A stretch of DNA of 40,722 bases from the IMG/VR virus record IMGVR_UViG_3300036793_000151, positions 1 through 40,722 of that record; one strand, written 5' to 3'. Position numbers and translations under genes: made by a program. This document shows positions 8,820 through 16,331 of this stretch, one piece after another (the stretch's first letter is position 1; each line of letters starts with the position of its first letter). Source of the stretch: a virus (taxonomy: Duplodnaviria > Caudoviricetes). The notes under the pieces were generated by a model. The model saw nothing but the letters and a program-made list of their open reading frames with translations. It searched no databases and was not told the DNA's origin.

Positions 8820-9088
8820 CGCCGCCCGGCGTTGACGTCGGTGACCTGCATGAAGTCGTCCGGTGTGTGCACGAGGGACGCGCCGGTTAAGGCCAGCGTG
8901 CGGCGAACGTGACCGACGAGGCGCTGGAGCGTGATGACCTGGTCGGGCGTGCAGCGGTTGCACGTCATCGGCACATAGGCCAGGCCCGCCTCGATCGCGC
9001 AGATGCCCACGCTGGTGCACTCGTCGACGTCGATCGCCATGCCCAGGCTCAGCGTGAGCTCCTCGAGCGTGAGCACGCCGCGGGTCAT
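8816..9088 (-). CDS. Hypothetical Cys-rich protein
   Basis: Coupled ORF; four Cys residues. Confidence 0.6.
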   Translation of the reverse strand: MTRGVLTLEELTLSLGMAIDVDECTSVGICAIEAGLAYVPMTCNRCTPDQVITLQRLVGHVRRTLALTGASLVHTPDDFMQVTDVNAGRR

Positions 9089-9543
9089 CGCCGCACCGAC
9101 TTCGCGCCGACATAGATCTCCGACCGGTACAGGCGCACCACGCCGCCGCCGCGGTAATACTGGGACGGCTTCTCGTTCGAGGGCACGTGACCGATCGGGG
9201 TCATCATACCTTCGGCGATCGCGGCCTTGAACGCCTTCGCGCGCAACGCGTTCGGGATGTTCTCGGCGTCCATCGCGGTGCGGGTCGAGTTCGAGCTGAA
9301 CTGCCGGCGTTCGCTGGCGACGTGGCGGATGATCTCGCCGGCCCGGGCCAGGTTCAGCTCGTCGCGCAGGACGACGACCTCGCCATCGACGACGCGGCCG
9401 CGGCTGATGCAGTCGCCGGCATGATCACCCAGCAACGCGTCAGCGCGCTGGCCACAGTCAGGGCAGGTCACGGTGTGGCGTTCCGGGGAGCCGTCGTAGA
9501 ACGACGGGGTCGGTCTGATCGCCATCGCCGCCGCGCTACTCAC
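9085..9543 (-). CDS. Hypothetical protein with N-terminal Zn ribbon and possible winged helix
   Basis: CPDC...H...C; coupled ORF. Confidence 0.65.
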   Translation of the reverse strand: MSSAAAMAIRPTPSFYDGSPERHTVTCPDCGQRADALLGDHAGDCISRGRVVDGEVVVLRDELNLARAGEIIRHVASERRQFSSNSTRTAMDAENIPNALRAKAFKAAIAEGMMTPIGHVPSNEKPSQYYRGGGVVRLYRSEIYVGAKSVRR

Positions 9544-9808
9544 CAGCGCGCCGAGCTCGGAGCGCGGCCAGGAACCCGACCCGGATCTGCTCGTCGAGTT
9601 CGAGGGACGCGAGCTCGGCCATGAGGGCCGCGTCGCTCTCGGCTGCGTCGGCAGCGGCGAGCCAGCCGAGCGCCATGTCGCGTACCTCGGCCGGCGACAT
9701 CTGCCCTCGCGACTGCTTTCCCTCGCGATCCCTTACGACGACGGTGCAGAACCCTTCGCCGGTGAACAGCGATACACCGGACTGCACCTCGATCCACGGC
9801 TCAGGCAT
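9536..9808 (-). CDS. Hypothetical protein
   Basis: Start MPEPWIEV with RBS AAGGGG. Confidence 0.7.
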   Translation of the reverse strand: MPEPWIEVQSGVSLFTGEGFCTVVVRDREGKQSRGQMSPAEVRDMALGWLAAADAAESDAALMAELASLELDEQIRVGFLAALRARRAGE

Positions 9809-10136
9809 CTTTGGTCGGCCCCTTTCGCGAAGCACGACCGTGCCGCCAGACGGCGACCGACACCACGGCGAAAGTCAGGACGATGGTCAGCGCGACCGGC
9901 AGCACCCACAGCCGGTGGTAGGTGGCCAGCCAGCCGCAGAAGAGGAACAACGACCAGAAGGCCAGCAGCGCGAGCAGCAGCGCGAGCCATTCGCCGATCT
10001 GGCGGGCCCGCGGCGTCCAGTGGATCCGCCGGCGGCGGCCGCGGTCACAACCGGGCGGAGCCGCGGCGTAGAGATCCACACCCCACTTCGGAGCGTTGCG
10101 CCTGTCGTACTCCGTCCACTTGGCCACCGCAGTCAC
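9801..10136 (-). CDS. Membrane protein (2 TM)
   Basis: Two hydrophobic segments, WLALLLALLAFWSLFLF and LWVLPVALTIVLTFAVVSVAVW. Confidence 0.7.
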   Translation of the reverse strand: MTAVAKWTEYDRRNAPKWGVDLYAAAPPGCDRGRRRRIHWTPRARQIGEWLALLLALLAFWSLFLFCGWLATYHRLWVLPVALTIVLTFAVVSVAVWRHGRASRKGPTKDA

Positions 10137-10363
10137 GACCCGCCACCAGTTGCAGCAGCAGCCTGCCGAGACTCGAGCAGGGCAGCGGCCCTGAGCAGCT
10201 CCTCGCCGAGGTCGCGCAGCTTGCGCGGCTCGGCCGACAGGATCGTCAGGTCCGAGATCGACAGCGGCAAACCCACGTAGACGCCGACGAGCGAACCGTC
10301 GTCCTCGACCATGGAACGGACCGACTGATGCTCGAGGTGCAGCACCGCGGTGACCGCGGTCAT
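10133..10363 (-). CDS. Hypothetical protein
   Basis: Coupled ORF. Confidence 0.6.
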   Translation of the reverse strand: MTAVTAVLHLEHQSVRSMVEDDGSLVGVYVGLPLSISDLTILSAEPRKLRDLGEELLRAAALLESRQAAAATGGGS

Positions 10364-10884
10364 TCGCAGATCACCCGCACCCATAAGGCCTCAGACGCCT
10401 CGCGTACCGCGTCCTCCCAGCCGAGCTCGATCGCCAGCCGGGTCAGGTCAGCGACCTCCGTGATGTGCTCACACCCCGCGAGGTAGTCATCCTCGGTGTA
10501 GTCCAGGCCGAACGGGTCCGGGATGCGCTTCGCCGCGTCCGTCCGCAGCCTGGCCAGCATCGCGACCAGCAGCGGGAATTGCTCCGCCGGCGGCGGCACG
10601 AACCACTCACTCCGGTCGGAGTACTCGTCGAACTCCCGCGCCTTGAACGGCGGCAGCGGCCTGAATCCGTCGACGGTGCGGCCGCCTTCAATGCGCGGTG
10701 ACGGGACGCCGACATGCGCATCGGGGTCGTGATGCTCGGACTTACACATGGCGACCAGGCGTTGATCTGCGTCGAACTCGTTCCAGCATCCGTCCGGGAA
10801 GCCGAGCACGTAATGACCGGGCTCCTCGACGTCGACGTCGACGTCGCAGCCGCGGTACTCGTCCTCGAGGAGGTGCGCGGTCAT
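10360..10884 (-). CDS. Acidic hypothetical protein
   Basis: Coupled ORF, 174 aa. Confidence 0.65.
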   Translation of the reverse strand: MTAHLLEDEYRGCDVDVDVEEPGHYVLGFPDGCWNEFDADQRLVAMCKSEHHDPDAHVGVPSPRIEGGRTVDGFRPLPPFKAREFDEYSDRSEWFVPPPAEQFPLLVAMLARLRTDAAKRIPDPFGLDYTEDDYLAGCEHITEVADLTRLAIELGWEDAVREASEALWVRVICE

Positions 10885-11141
10885 TCCGACACCGCCGGGT
10901 GCGCGGTGCGGTTGTGCGAGGCCTTCGCAATGTGCGCGCCGTTGTGGGTCTCATGCCTCGTGAAGAGGCGGCACGGCATGCAGGTGCAGACGAAGTGCGC
11001 CCTGCGGTAAGCCCGACGCCAACCCTCGCCGGCGGGACCGGCTTGCACCTTCGTGACGCGGGCTGGCTGGTACCTGGCTTGCCGGGGCTTGGTCGGTTGC
11101 GTTGCCGCCGTCAGTTCGTCGACGTAGACGACGGTTCTCAC
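10881..11141 (-). CDS. Basic Cys/His protein
   Basis: CTCMPC...H...H; GTGA coupling. Confidence 0.55.
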   Translation of the reverse strand: MRTVVYVDELTAATQPTKPRQARYQPARVTKVQAGPAGEGWRRAYRRAHFVCTCMPCRLFTRHETHNGAHIAKASHNRTAHPAVSE

Positions 11142-11803
11142 GACCGGTGCCCCTTGCCGAGGTGGTGGCCCAGGGCGAGCAGCGCCAAGCCGGCCGCGAG
11201 CAGGGCGAGGGCAATGAGACCGAGCTCGCGTTCGGGTGAACCTGTCGAGGCGAGCTGCGCCCGGGCCGGAGGAGCCGCGGTCGTGGTCGCGGCCACCGTC
11301 CGCAGAGGGCTGACGACAGGACTTGCCGCGGGGTGGCGCGGCGACGCCACCGGCGTCGCGCTCCCCGGCCTATACGTGGTGCCCACTGGGATACGACGCA
11401 ATGCAGGGGCAGAAGGCGGGGCACTGCTCGTGGAGGCAGACGGCGGCGCGGGTGAAGTCGAGGACGGCGTCGACGACCGGGACGACGAGCTCGACGTCGG
11501 GGAGGACGACGTCGGCGACGGTGTCGGGGATGAACTCGTGGAGCTGGCGGTCGGGGATGACGTGTGACTCGTCGATGAACCCGAAGGGGTAGATGTCGTC
11601 GGCCATGGTGTGGCTACTTCCGTGGGGGAGGACACGATGCAGTGCTGGCCGTGGACGTATTGGCCAGGGCCGCCGTGATCGCAGGAGACTGTCGGCGTGG
11701 GATTCGGTCGCGGCTGCACGTAGCTGGGCTGGCCACCGGTCTTGCAGGCAAGCAGCGTCGGCACTGCGAACGCTGCGAGGATTACGAGGACGAGACGCTT
11801 CAT
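11138..11803 (-). CDS. Ser/Thr/Pro-rich surface protein with N-terminal lipobox and C-terminal LAXTG sortase signal
   Basis: MKRLVLVILAAFAVPTLLAC signal/lipobox; LASTG followed by hydrophobic LGLIALALLAAGLALLAL and basic tail HHLGKGHRS. Confidence 0.75.
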   Translation of the reverse strand: MKRLVLVILAAFAVPTLLACKTGGQPSYVQPRPNPTPTVSCDHGGPGQYVHGQHCIVSSPTEVATPWPTTSTPSGSSTSHTSSPTASSTSSSPTPSPTSSSPTSSSSSRSSTPSSTSPAPPSASTSSAPPSAPALRRIPVGTTYRPGSATPVASPRHPAASPVVSPLRTVAATTTAAPPARAQLASTGSPERELGLIALALLAAGLALLALGHHLGKGHRS

Positions 11804-11833
11804 CGGATACCCTTCAATCGTTGGTGAAAGTGG

Positions 11834-11868
11834 TAGGGCCGGGTACCTGTGACAGGGGGTCGGCCCTA
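11834..11868. terminator. Intergenic hairpin (terminator/attenuator candidate)
   Basis: TAGGGCCG...CGGCCCTA arms with an inner CCTG/CAGG stem, in one of the few gaps in the early operon. Confidence 0.4.
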
Positions 11869-11887
11869 TTGCTTTGCTCGGGGGAAG

Positions 11888-12055
11888 TCAGAGGTTGCGG
11901 CGCCTGCGGTGCGCCACGTCAGGCCGATCCCGCGGCCCGGTCCACCACGCCACGACAGCTGCCGCGATCGCGGTGCGCCGCTCGACCGACAGCAACGACT
12001 GGTACGCGCAGCAGGCGAAGATGACGACCAGGATGACCAGCACGGCGATCGCCAT
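11888..12055 (-). CDS. Small membrane protein (55 aa), not in the ORF track
   Basis: MAIAVLVILVVIFACCAYQSLLSVERRTAIAAAVVAWWTGPRDRPDVAHRRRRNL; RBS GAGGAG and TGATG coupling. Confidence 0.65.
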   Translation of the reverse strand: MAIAVLVILVVIFACCAYQSLLSVERRTAIAAAVVAWWTGPRDRPDVAHRRRRNL

Positions 12056-12432
12056 CAGGACGGCTCCTCGTTGGCGCTGACCTTCAGGTCAGCGGTGGAA
12101 TAGCCGGCGAAGCCCTCATCCCGCAGCTCCTTTAACGCGGCCAGTCCCGAGTCGACGTCGGCCAAAGCTGCGAGGAGCAGCTCACGCGCCGCTGTGACAC
12201 TCGTGATCTGGACGTACACGCCGTCGGTGTCGGCGACGCAGTCGAGTAACGCCGCCGCACGCTTGCCGCGGCGCGCACCGCGCACCGCCCGGTTAGCTGC
12301 AACCCGGAAGCGAACAGACGGAGTGGCTGCTGCCTGCACCGCGCCCTGAGCAGGCCCCGCAGGCACGACCGGCAACGTCATCTCGACGTCGGAACTTGCG
12401 TATGCGCCTCTCATCGAGTCCAGGGCAGTCAT
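12055..12432 (-). CDS. Hypothetical protein
   Basis: Start MTALDS with ATGA overlap. Confidence 0.6.
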   Translation of the reverse strand: MTALDSMRGAYASSDVEMTLPVVPAGPAQGAVQAAATPSVRFRVAANRAVRGARRGKRAAALLDCVADTDGVYVQITSVTAARELLLAALADVDSGLAALKELRDEGFAGYSTADLKVSANEEPS

Positions 12433-12650
12433 GTCGAGACCTCGCCATGCACGACCGGCTGGGCGAGACAGAGGCGGACCGTGTCGGCCCACCCTTTGGG
12501 CAGCAGTTCAGGGCGCTGCTCGTGCTCGGCGCAGGTGAGGATCTCGAACGAGCCGACCGGGGTGTCATAGATCTCCCAGCACACCTCGGGGTCGACCTTC
12601 GTCTCGCAGTACTGGCACTGTGCGGCGGGCGGCAGCTTCGCGGCGGTCAT
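12429..12650 (-). CDS. Small Zn-binding protein
   Basis: CQYC...CAEH; ATGA overlap. Confidence 0.65.
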   Translation of the reverse strand: MTAAKLPPAAQCQYCETKVDPEVCWEIYDTPVGSFEILTCAEHEQRPELLPKGWADTVRLCLAQPVVHGEVST

Positions 12651-12853
12651 GCCGAGGCTCTCTCTGCGGCTGCTGCCATCTGCTCGACGACATCGCGGCG
12701 GTACAGGAAGGCGCCGTTGGGCCCGGGCAGCTTCTGCTCGACGGGGATGAGTCCGGCGTGGGCCATTCGCTGCACGGTGCGCGCGCTCTTGTTGAGGATG
12801 AGGCCGGCCTGGGGTCCGGTGAGCAGGTCGTTCATCTGCACATCTGGTGGCAT
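12647..12853 (-). CDS. Cro/excisionase-like HTH protein
   Basis: LLTGPQAGLILNKSARTVQRMAHAGLIP...GPNGAFLY, an HTH_17/MerR-like pattern; divergent from the repressor. Confidence 0.8.
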   Translation of the reverse strand: MPPDVQMNDLLTGPQAGLILNKSARTVQRMAHAGLIPVEQKLPGPNGAFLYRRDVVEQMAAAAERASA

Positions 12854-12888
12854 GGCGACACCATTGCACAATGTGCAATGACGGTCAA
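12854..12888 (-). promoter_or_regulatory. Early lytic promoter (leaderless) with operator palindrome
   Basis: TTGACC-17nt-AATGGT-6nt-ATG; perfect palindrome CATTGCACA-A-TGTGCAATG (12862-12880) fills the spacer and overlaps the -10. Confidence 0.6.
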
Positions 12889-12890
12889 GC

Positions 12891-12910
12891 GCCAATCTGG
12901 TTAGATTGGC
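12891..12910. promoter_or_regulatory. Second palindrome in the switch region
   Basis: GCCAATCT-GGTT-AGATTGGC perfect 8-bp inverted repeat just upstream of the early -35. Confidence 0.5.
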
Positions 12911-12940
12911 CAGAATTGATATCCGTACCTAAACTAGAGC

Positions 12941-12977
12941 TTGACGCACGACCGCCATGCGTCGCACAATTACGCAC
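12941..12977 (+). promoter_or_regulatory. Repressor promoter (leaderless mRNA)
   Basis: TTGACG(12941)-18nt-CACAAT(12965)-7nt-ATG(12978); GACGCA-N9-TGCGTC inverted repeat overlaps the -35. Confidence 0.6.
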
Positions 12978-13376
12978 ATGAGTACCGCCACGGGGAGTAC
13001 GCAGCACGGCAACATCCCGCCGCTGACGCTGGGATGGCGAATGCAGATGGCGCTCGGCTATGCCGGCATAACCGTCCAGGAGATGGCCGACGAGCTCGAG
13101 ATGAGCCGCGGCAGTTTGAGTCGGTGGATCAACGACAAGGGCGCACCACCGAGACGGGTGTTCCTCAACCAGTGGGCGATGCGGACCGGCGTCGATGCGA
13201 GATGGCTCGCCACTGGGGAAACAGAGAGCCGTCACCCGGAAGGACCGGATGACGGCTCTCAAGCGTCTGTGCGCCGCCAGGGACTCGAACCCCGAACCCG
13301 CTGGTTAAGGCCAGCACCGGCGCGTGAAAGACGCGCCCGGGACCGACACCTGCAGCCAGCCGCCCGGGCGGCGTGA
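12978..13376 (+). CDS. Immunity repressor (XRE HTH), integration-dependent type
   Basis: ITVQEMADELEMSRGSLSRWIND HTH; contains the attP core; ends in ssrA-like AARAA. Confidence 0.9.
   Translation: MSTATGSTQHGNIPPLTLGWRMQMALGYAGITVQEMADELEMSRGSLSRWINDKGAPPRRVFLNQWAMRTGVDARWLATGETESRHPEGPDDGSQASVRRQGLEPRTRWLRPAPARERRARDRHLQPAARAA
13224..13260 (-). terminator. Intrinsic terminator for the reconstituted tRNA, antisense within the repressor gene
   Basis: Minus-strand RNA GAGAGCCGUCAUCCGG-UCCUU-CCGGGUGACGGCUCUC followed by UGUUU, 8 nt downstream of the tRNA 3' end. Confidence 0.75.
13269..13309 (-). other. attP: attP common core = 3' half of tRNA-Lys(CTT)
   Basis: Reverse complement CTTAACCAGCGGGTTCGGGGTTCGAGTCCCTGGCGGCGCAC gives anticodon CTT, a T-arm with GGTTCGA and an acceptor 3' strand like actinobacterial tRNA-Lys. 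Confidence 0.88.
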
Positions 13377-13440
13377 ATTGTCTACGGTCCGATCAAACAC
13401 CCGGCGTAATCAATTCGCAACTCCCCGTAACCAGGAAGCG

Positions 13441-14298
13441 ATGCCAGTCGATATACAGGTCATGCCTCTTATCGTTCACCTGCCTAAGAATTGGTCCGAC
13501 GCGATCCAGGCCTGGACGTCATACCTCAGAGCCGCCAGCAGGCCGCAGACCACCGAGAACCTCCGGACCTACCACCTGCGCCGATTCGCCGGCGATCACC
13601 GCGAACTGGCGCCCTGGGACGTCACGCTGGATGACCTGGTGCAATGGCTGGCATCCTTCGACTGGGCCGTGGAGACCAAACGCTCCTACCGCGCCAGCCT
13701 GCGAACCTTCTACCACTGGGCCCACATCACCGGACAGATCCCGGCCAACCCTGCCGCGCAGCTGCCGGCCATCACGCCGCCGATCGGCAAACCCAGGCCT
13801 GCCGCCGAGGCCGTATTCCGTGAGGCGCTTGCCGCGGCACTGCGCCGCAATGACAAGAGGCTCTGGCTGATGCTGATGCTGGCCGGCACCCAGGGGCTGC
13901 GCCGCGGCGAGATCTGCTGTGTGCACACCGTCGACCTCGAGCTCGACCTCGAGGGCTGGTCGCTGCGAGTGCACGGCAAGGGCCGGCGGATCCGCATGGT
14001 GCCGCTCAACGAGCTCCTCTCACGCGAGCTCAGAAAGCTGCCCATCGGCTACGTGTTCCCCGGCCAGATCGAGGGCCACCTCTCACCGTCCTACGTAGGA
14101 AAACTCATCTCGCGCGGCCTGCCCGAGGGCATCACCGCGCACCCGCTGCGGCACCGGTTCGCCGGCAGGGTCTACGCCCAGGACCGTGACATCCGCGCGG
14201 TCCAGGAGCTGCTCGGCCACGCCTCGGTGAGGACCACGCAGATCTACACACCTGTCCCAGCCGGCGCCCTGCGCGGCGCGATCACGGCAGCAGCCTGA
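13441..14298 (+). CDS. int: Tyrosine integrase (short, no arm-binding domain)
   Basis: Catalytic motifs GLRRGE, GKG, HPLRH, LLGH, TTQIY; about 285 aa; C-terminal ITAAA degron-like tail; start uncertain (13441 or 13462). Confidence 0.93.
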   Translation: MPVDIQVMPLIVHLPKNWSDAIQAWTSYLRAASRPQTTENLRTYHLRRFAGDHRELAPWDVTLDDLVQWLASFDWAVETKRSYRASLRTFYHWAHITGQIPANPAAQLPAITPPIGKPRPAAEAVFREALAAALRRNDKRLWLMLMLAGTQGLRRGEICCVHTVDLELDLEGWSLRVHGKGRRIRMVPLNELLSRELRKLPIGYVFPGQIEGHLSPSYVGKLISRGLPEGITAHPLRHRFAGRVYAQDRDIRAVQELLGHASVRTTQIYTPVPAGALRGAITAAA

Positions 14299-14334
14299 TG
14301 ACAGCACCGAATTTGCACTCTGCTGCCGATAAGA

Positions 14335-14739
14335 GTGCAAGTGGAACCCATTCGCTTGCCCCTCGCCTGCGCGAACGCTCTGATCAGGTTGTCTGCCCTG
14401 GTGGACGGCTGGCGGCGACTCGGCAACCGTGTGGCGGCAGAGCGGGCACGCCGACGATGGACGGTCGACGAGCTGGCCGAAGCCGCGCAGCTATCACGGC
14501 GAACCATCAGGTCGATCGAGTCAGCCGAGCGCGACCGCTACCGGCCAACCACACTGGGCAAACTCGAGGGTGCGCTGGGATGGGTCGACGGATCGGTCGA
14601 CCGGATCGTCGAGGGGCGATCGCCGAGGCGCGAACCCGATCCGCTCCTGGCCCGATTGCTCGATGGGTGGCCGCAGCTCAGCGCCGACCAGCAGGTCGTC
14701 ATCGTCGCCCTGGTCGAGGTCCTCAACCGACAGCACTGA
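14335..14739 (+). CDS. XRE-family HTH regulator
   Basis: WTVDELAEAAQLSRRTIRSIESAE...TTLGKLEGALGW; true start may be GTG at 14401. Confidence 0.8.
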   Translation: MQVEPIRLPLACANALIRLSALVDGWRRLGNRVAAERARRRWTVDELAEAAQLSRRTIRSIESAERDRYRPTTLGKLEGALGWVDGSVDRIVEGRSPRREPDPLLARLLDGWPQLSADQQVVIVALVEVLNRQH

Positions 14740-14747
14740 CCACCCGG

Positions 14748-14777
14748 GCAAGCAAGCAAGTTCGCTTGCTTGCTTGC
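14748..14777. repeat. Perfect 13-bp hairpin built of GCAA/TTGC tandem units
   Basis: GCAAGCAAGCAAG-TTCG-CTTGCTTGCTTGC. Confidence 0.85.
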
Positions 14778-14837
14778 ATCACCCGATCGGCGATATCCGT
14801 TCATACTGGCCGTCACGCAGCCAACCCGTAGGAGAGC

Positions 14838-15272
14838 ATGCTCATGAAACTCACCGGCGCCCTGATAGCCCTCGCGACCGTGTTCCTGGCTGCATGCTCA
14901 TCGAGTCATCCCAAGGCGGCCGCGGTGCCGTCGCCACCAGCGACTACATCCGTGGTCGTGGCCTCCTCATCGACCGCGGCACCTACTACGGCGAGTGCGA
15001 CCGTCGCGCCCATTCCGCCAGCCGCGCCATTCCCGCGCGGCTACCCAAAGATCGTCGCCGTCTCATCACTGCCCGATCAGATCAAGAGCTGGTACGAGTC
15101 GGACTACACGCGCGCCGTGGCGATCGCCCCCGGGGTCTGGACCGCGCTCCCCGCCGGCGCGACCATGCAAGACGCGATAGCAGCGGGCATCCTGGACGGG
15201 TTCTGCGCATCGATCAAAGCCTACGAGCGGAAATACCTCGATGGCGCGAGTGCTGGTGGAACGTGCTGGTGA
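14838..15272 (+). CDS. Lipoprotein (possible superinfection exclusion/lysogenic conversion)
   Basis: Signal peptide with lipobox LAAC, Ser/Thr/Pro linker, small C-terminal domain; RBS AGGAG; located in the lysogeny island. Confidence 0.8.
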   Translation: MLMKLTGALIALATVFLAACSSSHPKAAAVPSPPATTSVVVASSSTAAPTTASATVAPIPPAAPFPRGYPKIVAVSSLPDQIKSWYESDYTRAVAIAPGVWTALPAGATMQDAIAAGILDGFCASIKAYERKYLDGASAGGTCW

Positions 15273-15307
15273 CCGGGTCGCCCGACGACGGCGCTACCCT
15301 GACCGGC

Positions 15308-15493
15308 ATGGACCTCGGCGTAACCGACTCGACGCCCTGCCCTCAGTGCGGCGCCGTCGGTAAGTGGTGGCAGACCCGGCACAGCCGTGAGTTCCATCCG
15401 CCCGAAGGGCACACGCTCGTCACGCGCAACCCGCTGGTGATGCAGTGTCCGCTCGATGTCCAGACACACGAAAACCGCCCCACCCGGCCGTAG
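15308..15493 (+). CDS. Possible small Zn-ribbon protein (61 aa)
   Basis: MDLGVTDSTPCPQCGAVGKWW...H...C; weak RBS; 3' end overlaps the terminator. Confidence 0.4.
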   Translation: MDLGVTDSTPCPQCGAVGKWWQTRHSREFHPPEGHTLVTRNPLVMQCPLDVQTHENRPTRP

Positions 15494-15520
15494 CCGAACG
15501 GGGCGGTTTCGCTACGAACT
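15471..15520 (-). terminator. Terminator at the end of the late operon (possibly bidirectional)
   Basis: Minus-strand RNA GAAACCGCCCCGUUCGGC-UACG-GCCGGGUGGGGCGGUUUUC: long stem with G-U pairs, cUACGg tetraloop and U tract, between convergent genes. Confidence 0.85.
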
Positions 15521-15536
15521 AGATTCTAGAAACTGG

Positions 15537-16331
15537 TCAGGTGACCGACCGGATCGTCCAGAAGTCCGACGCCAGGTCCTCGTCGGTCAGGTACGCCAGC
15601 GGCATCAGGCAGTAGCCGTCGCGGCCGAAGGTGGTGTTCCACGAGTTGCGGATCTTGGCGTACATGACGTCGGGCACCGCGGTGGGGAACTGCGACAGCC
15701 AGAACGAGCCGAGACCGTAACCCCACTTCGCTACGCAGTGGCCACCGACGACCGCCTCGCCTCGGCCGGGCATCGGCACGACGCCGGTCTGGGCCACCTC
15801 CGGGCTCTCGAACGATTCGTAGACCTGGAAGCCCAGATCGACGGGGAAGCCTTCAGCCAGACACGCCATGAGGTGCCGAGAAGCCTGCGCCACCCGCCGA
15901 TAGTCGACGTCTACGTTCGCCGCTGCGGCCTGAACAACCTCGGCCGGCGGCTGCACTGTGAATCTTTCGATGTCGTAGGGCCACATCGACTCTGGCGCTA
16001 TGCCGAGGGTTGTGGCCTTGATCGCGTCACGGATCTGGCCGCCGGCGTCCTGGCCGACCGTGCCCTCGATCGCGCGCGTGTTGTAGTACAGCTGCAGCCG
16101 CGACAGCATCGGATCACCGGTGTTGGCCTTCGCCGCGGCGAACAGGAAACAAGCCAGGGTGCCGTGCGCCGTGCACGAACCGAGTTGGCCCTGATCCCAG
16201 ATCGGCGGGGTAGCCGGATCCGGCTCAAGGTCGACCGCTGCCGGCAGATGGGCGAGCAGCGGCGCTGGCGCGGAGTACTGGCGATCGCGCGGGTCATGCT
16301 CGTCGGGGATCCAGCCGTAGGCGTTAGCCAT
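15537..16331 (-). CDS. Papain-family (C1A, xylellain-like) cysteine peptidase
   Basis: DQGQLGSCTAHG (oxyanion Gln and catalytic Cys), GGHCV (His), KIRNSW (Asn), N-terminal YGWIPD..DPRD. Confidence 0.93.
   Translation of the reverse strand: MANAYGWIPDEHDPRDRQYSAPAPLLAHLPAAVDLEPDPATPPIWDQGQLGSCTAHGTLACFLFAAAKANTGDPMLSRLQLYYNTRAIEGTVGQDAGGQIRDAIKATTLGIAPESMWPYDIERFTVQPPAEVVQAAAANVDVDYRRVAQASRHLMACLAEGFPVDLGFQVYESFESPEVAQTGVVPMPGRGEAVVGGHCVAKWGYGLGSFWLSQFPTAVPDVMYAKIRNSWNTTFGRDGYCLMPLAYLTDEDLASDFWTIRSVT

Noticed and set aside
11370-11606. 78-aa overprinted ORF inside the LAXTG gene
   Set aside because: Its Val/Asp composition is what Ser/Thr codons give in a shifted frame; no RBS support
13269-13315. 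Intact tRNA-Lys gene
   Set aside because: Only the 3' half is present; no D-arm or 5' acceptor strand, and the anticodon loop is 6 nt. It is an att core.
14313-14340. CIRCE (HrcA) heat-shock operator: TTGCACTC-N12-GAGTGCAA
   Set aside because: Arms resemble CIRCE but the spacer is 12 nt rather than the strict 9; may still be a phage operator or hairpin, but the CIRCE call is unsupported
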